DNA of 64,000 nt from Chromatiales bacterium (GCA_052388435.1 JBQTIC010000059.1:14395-78394); one strand, 5' to 3'; counted from the first letter of the stretch, positions 26,580 through 37,666 are shown. Program-made: numbers and translations. The notes: generated by a model from the letters alone, not told the origin.

Positions 26580-29225
26580 TCACTTGTTTAGCATCTGGCG
26601 GAGGCGGTAGAGGAGTTCCAGCGCGTCACGTGGGGAGAGTGTGTCCGGATTGATGCCGGCGAGTGCGTCAATGACGCGCGCGTGCGGCTCGAAGAGATTC
26701 ATTTGCGGAGTCGGGCTGGGACCCGGTCGCGGGGCTGATTCCAAGTGCTCAAGATAGTCCTTTGCGCGCGCGACCACCTCGGGCGGAACGCCGGCGAGCA
26801 GCGCCACCTGCAGACCGTAGCTGCGGTCGGCGGGACCGTCCTTGACGCGGCGGAGAAACACGATCTGGTCGTGATGCTCCACCGCATCGAGGTGGACGTT
26901 GGCGACGCCCTCGATCTCCTCAGCGAGCGAGGTCAGCTCGAAGTAGTGGGTCGCGAACAAGGTGTAAGCGCGGATATCTCTGGCCAGGCACTCGGCGGCG
27001 GCCCAGGCGAGAGAGAGACCGTCGAAGGTGCTGGTGCCGCGGCCGATCTCGTCCACCAGCACAAGACTCCGCGAGGTGGCGTAGCGCAGGATGTTGGCCG
27101 TCTCGGTCATCTCCACCATGAACGTCGATCGCCCGGACGCCAGGTCGTCGGCGGCGCCGATGCGGGTGAAGATGCGGTCGATGGGCCCGATGCGGGCCGT
27201 CTCTGCAGGCACGTAGCTGCCGGCGTGGGCGAGCAAAACAATCAACGCGGTCTGGCGCATGTAAGTAGACTTGCCGCCCATGTTCGGACCGGTGATGACG
27301 AGCATGCGTCGATCAGGGCTGAGCGTTAGCTCGTTCGGGATGAACGGCTCCTCGCCGCGCAGCTCGACCACCGGATGTCGGCCCCCCGTGATCTCGATGC
27401 CGGGCGTCTCGGTCAACTGCGGGCAGCAGTAGCCGAGCATCTCGGCCCGTTCCGCGAAGCATCCCAGCACGTCCAGCTCGGCGATAGCGGCGGCGCTGTC
27501 CTGCAGGAGCGTGAGATGCTGCTGCAAGGTATCGAGCAGCTCTTCATACAGCCGTTTTTCGCGTGCCAGCGCCCGTTCACCGGCGCTCAGCACCTTGTCT
27601 TCGTGCGCTTTCAACTCGACGGTGATGTAGCGCTCTGCGCCCTTGAGCGTCTGCCGCCGCTGATAGTGCGCCGGCACGCGCTCGCTCTGGGCACGACTTA
27701 CTTCGATGTAGAAGCCGTGCACCCTGTTGTACCCGACCTTCAGATTGGGGATGCCGGTTGCCTCGCGTTCGCGCCGCTCGAGCGTCACAAGAAACTCACC
27801 GGCGTTGCTCGACAGTTGCCGCAGTTCGTCCAGTTCCACGTCGTAGCCGGCCGCGATCACGCCGCCGTCGCGGATCCAGAGTGGTGGGGACTCGACAATC
27901 GCCCGCGCGAGCAACTGCTGCAACTCGCCGAAATCATGTAGCCGCTGTCCCAGAGCACTGAGGCCGGGATCATCGTAGCCGAGTGCGTTCTCGCGCAGTG
28001 CAGGCAGCGCCATCAACGAGTCCCGCAACTGAGCCAGGTCGCGTGGGCGTGCCGATTGCAATGCGATGCGGGCGAGGATCCGCTCCATGTCGCCCACATG
28101 CCGCAGCGACTCGCGCAGCGTCGTCAGCCGGCCGTCCTGGATCAGTGCGCCGACTGCCTGATGGCGGCCGCGCAGGATCTGTACGTCTCGAAGCGGCCGC
28201 GCGATCCAGCGCCGGAGCAGGCGGCTTCCCATCGCCGTCACAGCGGTATCCATGACAGCCACCAGCGTGTTCTCATTGCGGCCGGCGAGACTCGATTCGA
28301 TCTCCAGGTTGCGCCGGCTGGCGGCGTCCAGAACGATGGCGTCGGTGGCCTGCTCGACGCGCGGCGGCTTCAGGTGAGGCAGTTTCGACTGCTGCGTATC
28401 GGCGGCGTACTGAAGCACGGCGCCTGCCGCCGCCAATGCAAGCGGGAGGTGCTCGCAGCCGAAACCTGACAGGTCCTTAACCTTGAACTGCTGCTGCAGG
28501 GCGCGCCGTCCGGAATCCGCGTCAAAGGACCACGGCGGCCGCACGGTAATACCTCGCCGGTCGGCCACTGCATCGAGCAGCGGCGATGACTCGGCGACCA
28601 GGACTTCGGCGGGCTGCAGGCGCTCCAGTTCATCCATGAGATCTGTCTGGCTGCCCAGTTCCGACACGGTAAGGCGGCCGCTGCTCAAGTCGAGCACCGC
28701 CAGGCCTATGAGCTGGCCCCGCTTGTGGGCGGCGAGGATGAGGTTGTCACGCTGCGCCTCCAGCAGCGCATCGTCGGTCACCGTGCCGGGCGTTACGATC
28801 CGCGTAATGCGGCGCTCGACCGGCCCGCGGCTGGTGGCAGGGTCGCCGACCTGCTCGCAGATCACGACCGACTCGCCGAGCCGTACCAGCCTGGCAAGAT
28901 ACTGGTCGACCGCGTGCGCCGGCACACCGGCCATGGGAATAGGGTCGCCAGCCGACTGGCCGCGGGTTGTGAGCGCGATGTTCAGCAGCGCGGCGGCCTT
29001 GCGCGCATCCTCGTAGAAAAGCTCGTAGAAGTCCCCCATGCGGTAAAAGAGCAGGGTGTGAGGGTGCTGGGCCTTGAAACCCAGGTACTGGCGCATGACA
29101 GGGGTGTGGTCGGCATGGGCCGATGGCCCGGCACGGTCTGCGCGCGCGCCCTGAGGTGGTGAAGGGCGCGATGGTGGGGAACCCTGCGAGGCAAGACCGG
29201 AGGAAGGCTTGAAATTCGCGGACAT
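26580..29225 (-). CDS. mutS: DNA mismatch repair protein MutS
   Basis: [60 protein letters not shown]. Confidence 0.97.
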   Translation of the reverse strand: MSANFKPSSGLASQGSPPSRPSPPQGARADRAGPSAHADHTPVMRQYLGFKAQHPHTLLFYRMGDFYELFYEDARKAAALLNIALTTRGQSAGDPIPMAGVPAHAVDQYLARLVRLGESVVICEQVGDPATSRGPVERRITRIVTPGTVTDDALLEAQRDNLILAAHKRGQLIGLAVLDLSSGRLTVSELGSQTDLMDELERLQPAEVLVAESSPLLDAVADRRGITVRPPWSFDADSGRRALQQQFKVKDLSGFGCEHLPLALAAAGAVLQYAADTQQSKLPHLKPPRVEQATDAIVLDAASRRNLEIESSLAGRNENTLVAVMDTAVTAMGSRLLRRWIARPLRDVQILRGRHQAVGALIQDGRLTTLRESLRHVGDMERILARIALQSARPRDLAQLRDSLMALPALRENALGYDDPGLSALGQRLHDFGELQQLLARAIVESPPLWIRDGGVIAAGYDVELDELRQLSSNAGEFLVTLERREREATGIPNLKVGYNRVHGFYIEVSRAQSERVPAHYQRRQTLKGAERYITVELKAHEDKVLSAGERALAREKRLYEELLDTLQQHLTLLQDSAAAIAELDVLGCFAERAEMLGYCCPQLTETPGIEITGGRHPVVELRGEEPFIPNELTLSPDRRMLVITGPNMGGKSTYMRQTALIVLLAHAGSYVPAETARIGPIDRIFTRIGAADDLASGRSTFMVEMTETANILRYATSRSLVLVDEIGRGTSTFDGLSLAWAAAECLARDIRAYTLFATHYFELTSLAEEIEGVANVHLDAVEHHDQIVFLRRVKDGPADRSYGLQVALLAGVPPEVVARAKDYLEHLESAPRPGPSPTPQMNLFEPHARVIDALAGINPDTLSPRDALELLYRLRQMLNK

Positions 29226-29279
29226 TGCCCGCAACTATACGCATTCGTGACCAGTAGAAAAGAGGGAGCACCACCAGTC

Positions 29280-31157
29280 ATGACCGTCGATGTGAATAAG
29301 CAGACACTGGGTTTCCAGGCCGAGATCAAGCAGTTACTCGATCTGATGGTGCATTCGCTGTACAGCAATCCCGACATCTTCCTGCGCGAACTGATATCGA
29401 ATGCCTCCGATGCGGCGGAAAAGCTGCGCTTCGAGGCGCTCGGCAAGGACGAGCTTTACGAGGGCGACACCGGCCTCGGTATCACTGTCGAGTACAGCGA
29501 ATCGCAGAAGACAATAACGGTGCGCGACAGCGGCATAGGCATGTCGCGCGAGGAGGTCATCGCCAACCTGGGCTCTATCGCCAGGTCCGGCACTCGCGAG
29601 TTTTTCCAGAAACTGACCGGCGATCGGCAGCACGATTCACAGCTCATAGGCGAGTTCGGCGTGGGCTTCTATTCATCCTTCATCGTCGCCGACCGGGTGA
29701 CCGTCACGACGCGCCGGGCGGGTCTTCCGGAGCAGGAGGGCGTCCGCTGGGAGTCAAACGGCGAGGGCGACTACACGGTGCAGACCGTGAAGCGCAAGAA
29801 GCGCGGAACGGAGGTCGTCCTGCACCTGCGCGATGAACACAAGGACTATCTCAACGGCTGGAAGCTGCGCGAAATCATCCGTAAGTACTCCGATCACATC
29901 ACGCTGCCGATACGGATGCCGAAGGAAGGCGAGAAGGAGAAGGGCCACGAGACGGTCAATTCGGCGACGGCCCTGTGGGCGCGCAACAAGAAAGACATCA
30001 AGGACGAGGAGTACAACGAGTTCTACAAGCACATCGCCCACGATTTCGAGACGCCGCTGGCGCGCGTGCACACGCGCACGGAGGGCAAGATCGAGTACAC
30101 GACGCTCTTTTTCCTTCCCGCGCGGGCGCCCTTCGAACTGTGGGATCGGGAAGCAAAGCACGGCGGTGTCAAGCTTTACGTACGGCGCGTATTCATCATG
30201 GATGACGCCGAGCAACTATTGCCGAAGTATCTGCGTTTCGTGCGGGGCGTCGTCGACACGAGTGACCTGCCGCTGAACATCTCGCGCGAGATCCTGCAGC
30301 GCAATAAGGTCATCGACACCATCCGCGCCGCATCGGTGAAGAAGCTACTCGGCCTCATGGAGGGCTTGAGCGCGGAGGATTATCAGAAGCTCTGGAAGGA
30401 GTTCGGACGGGTGCTGAAGGAAGGCGTCGTCGAGGATCCCGACAATCGCACCCTCATCGCCAGGCTGCTGCGCTACCCGAGCACCCGCGCCGACAGCGAG
30501 GATACTCTCGTGTCGCTCGCCGATTACGTCGGAGGCATGTCGGCGGGGCAGGAGGCCATCTACTACCTGACGGGAGAGAGCTTCACCACGGCGAAGAACA
30601 GCCCGCACCTGGAGGTCTTCCGCAAGAAGGGGATCGAGGTGCTGCTCATGTGCGACCCCATCGATGAGTGGGTCGCGACTTATCTCACGGAGTTCGAGGG
30701 CAAGCCGCTTAAGTCTGTAGCCAAAGGCGCGCTTGATCTGGGCAAGCTCGGTGACAAGGAGGAGGACAAGAAGGAAAGCCGCGAGGTCAAGGACCTGCTC
30801 GGCCGCCTGCGCAAGGCACTGGAAAATCAGGTCAAGGACGTTCGCGCCACGAATCGGTTGACAGACTCACCGGCCTGTCTGGTCGCCGACGACCACAGTA
30901 TGAGCGGAAATCTGGAACGCCTGCTCAAGGCCGTCGGCCAGAAGATCGACGGAACAAAACCGATACTGGAGATCAACGCCGAACATTTCCTGCTGAAGCG
31001 GCTTGCCGGGGAGCAGAACGAAGCACATTTCGGCGACTGGGCACGGATCATCTTCGATCAGGCGCTGCTGGCCGAGGGAGGGCACCTCGAGGACCCGGCC
31101 GGTTTTGTGCGTCGCCTCAATGCGCTGATAGGCGAATTGAACGGCGCGCAGGTGTAG
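29280..31157 (+). CDS. htpG: Chaperone HtpG (Hsp90)
   Basis: [50 protein letters not shown]; GGGAG RBS. Confidence 0.97.
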   Translation: MTVDVNKQTLGFQAEIKQLLDLMVHSLYSNPDIFLRELISNASDAAEKLRFEALGKDELYEGDTGLGITVEYSESQKTITVRDSGIGMSREEVIANLGSIARSGTREFFQKLTGDRQHDSQLIGEFGVGFYSSFIVADRVTVTTRRAGLPEQEGVRWESNGEGDYTVQTVKRKKRGTEVVLHLRDEHKDYLNGWKLREIIRKYSDHITLPIRMPKEGEKEKGHETVNSATALWARNKKDIKDEEYNEFYKHIAHDFETPLARVHTRTEGKIEYTTLFFLPARAPFELWDREAKHGGVKLYVRRVFIMDDAEQLLPKYLRFVRGVVDTSDLPLNISREILQRNKVIDTIRAASVKKLLGLMEGLSAEDYQKLWKEFGRVLKEGVVEDPDNRTLIARLLRYPSTRADSEDTLVSLADYVGGMSAGQEAIYYLTGESFTTAKNSPHLEVFRKKGIEVLLMCDPIDEWVATYLTEFEGKPLKSVAKGALDLGKLGDKEEDKKESREVKDLLGRLRKALENQVKDVRATNRLTDSPACLVADDHSMSGNLERLLKAVGQKIDGTKPILEINAEHFLLKRLAGEQNEAHFGDWARIIFDQALLAEGGHLEDPAGFVRRLNALIGELNGAQV

Positions 31158-31185
31158 GGCGGAAGCCCGCAGGGCGTTCCGCCTG

Positions 31186-32178
31186 TTAGCGTACGCGCGA
31201 ATAGATGACCTGGTTGCCGGGGTCGTTATCCTGGATGGTTCGGAAGCCGTCGCTCTCGCGACGCACCGTGTAGTGCACGCCGTCCACCACCAGCTTGTCA
31301 TCCTGATACTGGCCGCTGATGCGCCCGCCTCGCAGGTGACCCGCCACCGCGCCGTCGGCCGTGATCTCAAGCTGCACGCCCGCGTCGTACAGCGGGTTGT
31401 AGCCGCGAAAGGTACCGATCAGCCAGCTCGGGACAGCGGCACTGCCGGAGCGGGGGCTGCCGTAGGCGAAGGTCGCGCGGCAACCTCCCTGAACCCAGAT
31501 GCCCTTCTTTTCATAACCCCACGTTTGCCCCAGGACGCAGGCGGCCTTCGAGTGCTGCTGGCTGACACGCACATTGCTCTGCGTATCGGCCGGGCAATAA
31601 TTGTACTGGCCGCGCGCGCTTTCACATATCAGCGTTGCCTGGGTGCTGGTGCCTGAAGGAGTGGTTCGTGGCGGCGCAGTGGCGCCATAGGCGAACTCCG
31701 CGCGGCAGTTGTCGCTGACCCAGATCCCGTTTACGTCGTAACCCCAATTCTTGCCCTCCACGCAGGCGGTGGGCGACAGTTGCCGTTTGATGGCGACTGC
31801 ACCCTGCGTGGACGCCGGGCAATAGCGGTACTGTCGATATTCGCTCTCGCACACCACGATCTTCTCCCCCACCGCTGCGGATTGTGCTGGCGCTGCAGTC
31901 GTGCTGCGCCCGAAGGCAAATTCGGCGTGGCAGCCCCCATCAACCCAGATCCCTCTGACGTCGTAGCCCCAGTTCTCGCCCTGGACGCACGCAGCGTTGG
32001 AGATCTGGCGCAGAAATCGTACCTCTCCCTGCGTGTCGACATTGCAGCGACGAAACTCGCTGCCAGCGCTCCCGCAGATGATCGTGCCGTAGCCCTGCGC
32101 CAGTGTACCCGAAGGGCTCGCGAGGAGCAGGGTGGCGAGCAGGTATACGGGAAATTGCGGCCGGCATCCGATTGTCAT
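31186..32178 (-). CDS. Exported protein with three DUF3011-type Cys-rich repeats and an unassigned C-terminal domain
   Basis: Three units C-S...C...RQ.S..ACV.G..WGY...GIWV..GC.A.F; signal peptide ending TLAQ. Confidence 0.8.
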   Translation of the reverse strand: MTIGCRPQFPVYLLATLLLASPSGTLAQGYGTIICGSAGSEFRRCNVDTQGEVRFLRQISNAACVQGENWGYDVRGIWVDGGCHAEFAFGRSTTAAPAQSAAVGEKIVVCESEYRQYRYCPASTQGAVAIKRQLSPTACVEGKNWGYDVNGIWVSDNCRAEFAYGATAPPRTTPSGTSTQATLICESARGQYNYCPADTQSNVRVSQQHSKAACVLGQTWGYEKKGIWVQGGCRATFAYGSPRSGSAAVPSWLIGTFRGYNPLYDAGVQLEITADGAVAGHLRGGRISGQYQDDKLVVDGVHYTVRRESDGFRTIQDNDPGNQVIYSRVR

Positions 32179-32363
32179 GCCTCTCCCCCTCATGGCGATC
32201 CACTCCGCGCGGTACAACTTCATGATAGCAGCCGTTAACGCGGTATGGTCCTCTACAGCCACAAGGTGACCGGTCCGCTTGTCGATAAAGGCCGGCCTCG
32301 GTTGGCTGTCGCCTCAGCGAGCATCCAAAAGCCTCTCAGGCGATCGGGCATAATGTCGCGGCC

Positions 32364-33260
32364 ATGAAACAGGCTGCGACAACTGCCCGCAGACTCATCC
32401 GCCGCGCCGCAAGCCGATTCAGGGCCGCGGATCTGTTCTATGGTCACGGCACATGTGAGCCCCTGGATGAGGCCGTGTACCTGGTCCTCTGCGGGCTGGG
32501 GATTCCCTTCGGATGCCCGGACGAAGACCTTGATCGGCCGCTCACAGCAGAGGCTGTGCGACGTATCGAGGCGCTGGTGCAAACGCGCGTGCAGACGCGC
32601 ACGCCGGCGGCGTATCTGCTCGGCGAGGCTTACTTCGCGGGACTGGCCTTCCACGTCGATGAGCGCGTGCTGATCCCGCGCTCACCGATCGCCGAGCTCA
32701 TCGAACAGGGCTTTGCGCCGTGGGTGCATGAGGAGAAGGTAAGCGCGATCCTCGACCTGTGTACCGGCAGCGGGTGCATCGCCGTCGCCTGCGCGCTCGC
32801 GTTCCCCAACGCAGTGGTGGATGCAACGGACATCTCGGCGGATGCGCTGGAGGTGGCTTGCGTCAACGTCGCGCGACATCGCGTGGACGATCGCGTGCGG
32901 CTCATCCAGTGCGATCTGTTCGCGGCACTGGGCGCTCGCCGCTACGATATCATCGTGAGCAACCCCCCTTACGTGCCGGCCGATGAGATCGCCGAGCTGC
33001 CGGCCGAATACGGGCATGAACCGAAGCGGGCACTGGCGGCCGGGGAGGACGGGCTTGCGATCGTCAAGCGTCTGCTGCAGGAGGCGGGGCGTTTCCTTAC
33101 TGATCACGGGATACTGGTCGTCGAAGTCGGCGACCGCGAGCAGATCTTGTCGAAGTGCTTCCCCAACGTGCCGTTCACCTGGCTTGAGTTCGAGCGCGGC
33201 AGCGGCGCGGACGGCGTGTTCCTGCTCCATGCCCACCAGGTCCGGCGGTTCTTCCCATAG
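32364..33260 (+). CDS. prmB: 50S ribosomal protein L3 N5-glutamine methyltransferase
   Basis: [47 protein letters not shown]. Confidence 0.95.
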   Translation: MKQAATTARRLIRRAASRFRAADLFYGHGTCEPLDEAVYLVLCGLGIPFGCPDEDLDRPLTAEAVRRIEALVQTRVQTRTPAAYLLGEAYFAGLAFHVDERVLIPRSPIAELIEQGFAPWVHEEKVSAILDLCTGSGCIAVACALAFPNAVVDATDISADALEVACVNVARHRVDDRVRLIQCDLFAALGARRYDIIVSNPPYVPADEIAELPAEYGHEPKRALAAGEDGLAIVKRLLQEAGRFLTDHGILVVEVGDREQILSKCFPNVPFTWLEFERGSGADGVFLLHAHQVRRFFP

Positions 33261-33453
33261 GGTGTGCAATGCACGCGGAATGTGGTTTCGCATCTGCTCG
33301 GGGCCTTATGGCAGTGAGCACACCGAAGTTAATTGCGCGATGCATATCGGTTCGGGACAGGCCCCGTGACGGCGAACCGGTGACACGTCCGCATCGGGAG
33401 CAAGCGCCAAGTAAAGTAAAATAGTGCGGCCCGCCCGGGGTGTAGGGGGATCG

Positions 33454-34050
33454 GTGAGCTGGATAACTGTCGTTTGGTCCATGGTGGCATCGGCGTGCCT
33501 GACGCTGGCGCTGATGCACCTCCTTGTCTGGTTCAAGCAGCCGCGGCAATGGGCGCATCTGTCATTCTCGGTAGTTGCCGTCGCGGTCGCCGTCATTACA
33601 GTCATGGAACTCATGGGCATGAGGGCCGTGACCGCCGAACAGATGGGGACGCTCATGCGCTGGGTCCACGTACCCGTCCTCATTCTCTTCGTGGCAGTTG
33701 TCTGGTTTGTGCGCTCATATTTCGACGCCGGCCGACCGTGGCTGGGCTGGACCGTGATCGGTGCGCGGGCGTTGGTGACCCTGGTTGAACTTCACCACGG
33801 GCCAGAGCGTGTTCTTCCGCGAAATCACCGGATTGAGGCACGTGTCGCTTCCCGGCGGAGAGGCAATCGCACTTGCTGAAGGGCCGCTTAATTTGTCATA
33901 CGTAATCGAAATAATTTCCGTACTGATGCTCGTCGCGTTCGTGGTAGGCGCCTCGCTTGCCGTGTGGGCTCGTGGACCGGGTACGGATCGGCGCCGCGCC
34001 GTAGCTTTCGCTGCCAGCATTGCATTTTTCCTGCTGACGGTAGTCGCTCG
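33454..34050 (+). pseudogene. Truncated, frameshifted N-terminal multi-TM input region of a sensor protein
   Basis: (V)SWITVVWSMVASACLTLALMHLLVW...AGRPWL, shift near 33784 to LNFTTGQSVFFREITGLRH...; resemblance ends near 34050 with no PAS or kinase domain. Confidence 0.6.
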
Positions 34051-34119
34051 TTCCGGACAGCTGTCGACTACTAGCCGTCGCTCGGGTGGAACGAGCGGAA
34101 AGCTCAACTCGTTGCTTTG

Positions 34120-34530
34120 TCACACGGCGTTCACGGCTTCCTTGAGTCGCTCGTCGGCAGTAAGCAATTCGAGACCTTCGATGCGCCGCCGCGCTATGAG
34201 AAAGGTCGCCAGATGCAGTGCGTCGAGTGTGCGAACGGCTTTGCCCGGCGCCACATGCGAGGCCAGATCGCAGACCGCTGGAGTCAGCTCCCACAGATCG
34301 CAGCGGCTCCAAAGCGCGTCGAGGTCACGTCGCGTGTCGGCAAGCCGGCTCTCCGCAGCAGCGCCTTGTTGCCTGACCCTAAGCAGCGCGCGGGCCGATT
34401 CGACGAGGGACAGGCGCGAGGTTACAAGCACGGGCGCCGCGGCGATAAGCGCTTCGATTTCGGGCGTTGTTCCTCGCTCGAGCGTAGCGCGTAGGGCCAC
34501 GGATGTGTCGAGGTATAGGGCAGAAGCCAC
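34120..34530 (-). CDS. vapC: VapC PIN-domain toxin
   Basis: LYLDTSV, SLVE, RTLDALHLAT, LLTADERL. Confidence 0.9.
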   Translation of the reverse strand: MASALYLDTSVALRATLERGTTPEIEALIAAAPVLVTSRLSLVESARALLRVRQQGAAAESRLADTRRDLDALWSRCDLWELTPAVCDLASHVAPGKAVRTLDALHLATFLIARRRIEGLELLTADERLKEAVNAV

Positions 34531-34537
34531 CGGGCAG

Positions 34538-34840
34538 TTAAGGCCGATCCTGCCTCAGCTCCTCGATCAGAGCTTGAGCCGTTCCGGGCGGAAGGCCCAG
34601 ACCGCGGCTGCGCCACGTCCAGTCGCCCTTCGGTTGCGCCGCCCGGGTGACATCTCCGGCGGCGGCCAATCCCTCGAGGATCTCGTCGAGGCGGTGGGCA
34701 TGCGGTGCTTGGCGCCGCGCTGGGCGCAGTTCCGCCACCACCTCGTCCCGCTCCGTCACCAACACTGTTTCACCCGTCTTTGCCAGGCGAATATACTCCG
34801 ACAGTCTCGCCTTGAGTTGCTTGATTCCCACGACCTTCAT
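34538..34840 (-). CDS. Phd/YefM-family antitoxin
   Basis: MKVVGIKQLKARLSEYIRLAKTGETVLVTERDEVVAEL. Confidence 0.9.
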   Translation of the reverse strand: MKVVGIKQLKARLSEYIRLAKTGETVLVTERDEVVAELRPARRQAPHAHRLDEILEGLAAAGDVTRAAQPKGDWTWRSRGLGLPPGTAQALIEELRQDRP

Positions 34841-34888
34841 GTAGGTATGGTAGTCACCAGTGGTTACATCGTCAAGACTGGTGACCAC
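34841..34888 (-). promoter_or_regulatory. Phd-VapC promoter with inverted-repeat operator; probably leaderless
   Basis: Minus strand TTGACG (34875-70), 17-bp spacer, TACCAT (34852-47), ATG at 34840; 12-bp arms GTAGTCACCAGT (34850-61) and ACTGGTGACCAC (34877-88). Confidence 0.7.
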
Positions 34889-34902
34889 GCTCGACCGTAC
34901 CC

Positions 34903-35393
34903 CTAGGACATTTCCAGGTCGGCTCAACGCTGCAGCGGAAGTGTCGTACTAGCTTGACCGGGAAGGACAGTTGTCCCGCAAGATCTCTCGCTACGCCCGA
35001 GATAACAACGCAAGCAGAGCGTGCCTTATCTGCAAAAGGCCCAATGCCGTCATGCCCGCGAAGGCGGGCATCCAGTAGAAGATGGATTCAACCGGGTTCC
35101 CGATTTTGCGGGAACGACGACCGCGCGGTGGACGCACTCTAGGAACCTTTGCAAGACTCCGTTCGTGACGAGCCTTTCGACGCCGCTCACATTCAAAAGC
35201 TCGCAAGAGTCCGTTCGTGGTGATTTGGTCGAACCACGATATACCAAATACGTCGATGCACAGTAGGGTCGGCAGTTCATCCCGCTTTAGGAGTCCGACC
35301 TTAGAGGGCGAGTCCCACGGACGGGACGAGTAAACACGAACGTCGCACGATCGATGTTAGGTCGTTCACACCTTCGACAGGCTGAGGGCAAAC
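34903..35393. repeat. Cluster of degenerate REP-like palindromes (at least two families)
   Basis: GTCATGCCCGCGAAGGCGGGCATCCAG (35049-75) with inverted degenerate partner (35092-118); GCAAGA.TCCGTTCGTG twice (35151, 35203) with inverted CCTTCGACAGGCTGAGGGCAAAC (35371-93); small IR flanked by CTAG (34903-52). Confidence 0.65.
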
Positions 35394-35467
35394 AGATATT
35401 ATCCAATGAATCCTTGGCTCGTAAACCACGTGCGAGATGTGGGGCACGCCACGCGCACAAGCAGGTT

Positions 35468-36037
35468 TCACGTCCGGCCACGGCTCTGGCCGGTGGCAAT
35501 CGCGCCGGCGATCAGATGCGCGGTGCGCAGCGGCTCCGGGATCCGGCCATGCACCGCCAGTCGGCTGATCACCTGCTCTGCCTCCTTCAGGGTGAGTCCT
35601 ATGCACTGAGCGTACACGCCCGCAACCGGAACTGCTGGCCCTAGTCGCTCGATAATCCTCCACTTGCGTCTGCCACCGGGAACGTTAGTAAGCAGCGCGT
35701 CCCGGATGAGATGCATGCGTGGCCGGCGCCGGGTCACCGCCATCACCGGCAGCTTTGTGATCTGGTGCAGCGCCTCAACGTCGATGACATTGAAGCCGGC
35801 CATGGCAATCCCTTGCAGAAGGATCAATTGCAGCTGTGCGTAGAATTTCGATCCGACGATCAATGCGGCGAGCTTCCTCGTGGAGTCGGCGCCATCGCGA
35901 CGGACGCGGCCGTACAACACACCATCCAGTTGCAGCCCGGAATACACGGCACCCACAACCGGCACGTTGCCGCGGTGCTGTGGGGGGAATGGCGAGTCGT
36001 CAAACCCCACTACATGCGAATACCTGCGCGTTCGCAT
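35468..36037 (-). CDS. DUF99 family protein (endonuclease V/endonuclease dU-like)
   Basis: VVGFDDSPF, RVRRDGADST, LQGIAMAGFNVID, IPEPLRTAHLIA. Confidence 0.85.
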   Translation of the reverse strand: MRTRRYSHVVGFDDSPFPPQHRGNVPVVGAVYSGLQLDGVLYGRVRRDGADSTRKLAALIVGSKFYAQLQLILLQGIAMAGFNVIDVEALHQITKLPVMAVTRRRPRMHLIRDALLTNVPGGRRKWRIIERLGPAVPVAGVYAQCIGLTLKEAEQVISRLAVHGRIPEPLRTAHLIAGAIATGQSRGRT

Positions 36038-36132
36038 CCCGTGGTCCCCAGGGAATCTATGCCTCTCGCAGAGATTGCGCGGCACAGGAATGTGCCGCCA
36101 TTTTCGATGGCCGTAGGCCATTGAAAATGAGG

Positions 36133-36198
36133 GCAAGCGAACCTGTGTTTTTCGCTTGCTCTGTTCTGAGAAGTCCACGATGGACTTGTCATGAAGTC
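36133..36198. repeat. Hairpin cluster containing a second copy of the 23-bp palindromic core
   Basis: TCTGAGAAGTCCACGATGGACTT (36165-87); adjacent GCAAGCGAA/TTCGCTTGC and GGACTT/AAGTCC stems. Confidence 0.55.
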
Positions 36199-36315
36199 CC
36201 CTCGTCTTGTCCGGGCCGATTCCCTTCTGGCTGGGGCTACCGCGCGCCTGTGGCGTAAGGGGCGCTCGCACGGCTTGTTTTGAGACGTCCGGAACAAACG
36301 GCGGCAAGCCGGACC

Positions 36316-37398
36316 TCAGACTGAGGGCACGCTATTCCGCGGCGCTCCAGAGCCTCCGGCAGCAGGTCGCTTCGGCCGCTTCAGGGTGGCAACCGACTCG
36401 TGCACGAAGGCGAGCTTGGCTGCGATCCGCTCGGAAAGGACGAACGGGTAGGCGTCGTATTGACCGACGCTGCGATTGAGCTCGTTGAGCATGATGGTCA
36501 GGGTGGACCATTCAGCGAGACATGCCTGGAAATCATCCTGGTCCAGCTTGACGTGCGCCATACCAAAGACCTGCGCGGTCTCCAGGGCGTCAAAGATGTG
36601 CAGGTAATGGGCCCATGTTTCCGCCCAGTCCTCCCAGGGGTGTGATCGCGCGTAGGCGCTGATGTAATCGGCGTGCCCGCTTGTTTGCCCTCTCTGCGCA
36701 TAATGGCTGTGCAGCGCCTGCTGATAGTCCGCCCGCTCATCGCCGAAGACAGTGCGAAACGTCTCCAGTCTGCCGGTGTCCTTTACCACCCGCTCCCAGT
36801 AGTAGTGACCGCTCTCGTGCCGGAAGTGGCCGAGCAGCGTGCGGTACGGCTCGTTCATCTCCAGGCGAGTGGATTCACGCGCAGCGTCGTCCGCCTCCAT
36901 CATGTTGACCGTGATGAGCCCGTTGCTGTGTCCGGTGGTCACGAAGTCGTGCACGGCGTTGGGGTTGTGCCGCTTGTCCTGGAGGAAGGCGAAGGCGAGC
37001 CCCGTCTCCGGGTTTTCAAGCTTGCTGACGATGGGTAGTTCCAGCGCCAGCAAAGTGTAGAGCAACCGCCTTTTCGCGGCCTCCATCTGTGCCCACCATA
37101 ACTGGTGCTGCGGCTCCTCGAGGTTCGGCATCTGCTGGTTGAGGTTGCAGGCCAGACAGTACTGGCGCGGGTCCTGTGCGCGCACCAGCCAGTTGCAGAC
37201 GCAGCGAACCTGATAATTGCGGCACAGGCGGTAGGTACGGCGCGGCAGCTCGGCGTCGCTGAAGGTCGGTCCCTCCGCGGGATCGAGGGCGACCATGGTA
37301 GTGCGCGCGGGGTCGAAGCCCAGCAAACGCTTGCAGCGCAGGCACTCCGTGTTCTCGAAGAACACCCGCCAGCCGCATTCGCAGAAGAACGCCTTCAC
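36316..37398 (-). CDS. Zinc-ribbon + putative zinc-binding metallopeptidase (Peptidase_Mx type)
   Basis: CECG..VFFENTEC..C, EAAKRRLLY, EPYRTLLGHFRHESGHYYW, YARSHPWEDWAETWAHYLHI. Confidence 0.85.
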   Translation of the reverse strand: MKAFFCECGWRVFFENTECLRCKRLLGFDPARTTMVALDPAEGPTFSDAELPRRTYRLCRNYQVRCVCNWLVRAQDPRQYCLACNLNQQMPNLEEPQHQLWWAQMEAAKRRLLYTLLALELPIVSKLENPETGLAFAFLQDKRHNPNAVHDFVTTGHSNGLITVNMMEADDAARESTRLEMNEPYRTLLGHFRHESGHYYWERVVKDTGRLETFRTVFGDERADYQQALHSHYAQRGQTSGHADYISAYARSHPWEDWAETWAHYLHIFDALETAQVFGMAHVKLDQDDFQACLAEWSTLTIMLNELNRSVGQYDAYPFVLSERIAAKLAFVHESVATLKRPKRPAAGGSGAPRNSVPSV

Positions 37399-37666
37399 GT
37401 TCCGCTTGCCTCTTCAACAGCCCCGCATCCGAGGGCGCCTATCAGTTATGACGTATCGGTTTTGCATTCTTGCACTGTAGACCTGTTTTTCGGCCAGCAG
37501 GAGATCCAGGACCGAGCATCGCGCCCGATTTCGATTCCCGCCCGCGCCACAATGGTGCACAGGAATCGTGACCGAGGGAAGCGCAATCGCTGGGTCAGCA
37601 GGGGCGAGGCTACCTGCTCGGAGGCACAAACCGGACCGATCTTGGCCCGGAAAAGGACTCGGACTA

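Noticed and set aside
25311-29225. Functional link between the NucS-like nuclease and mutS
   Set aside because: Convergent orientation and foreign composition point to an insertion; only the short GQL..Y motif resembles NucS
33785-34906. 373-aa plus-strand ORF
   Set aside because: Only the first 90 or so residues are the shifted continuation of the sensor relic; the rest is antisense to vapC and phd
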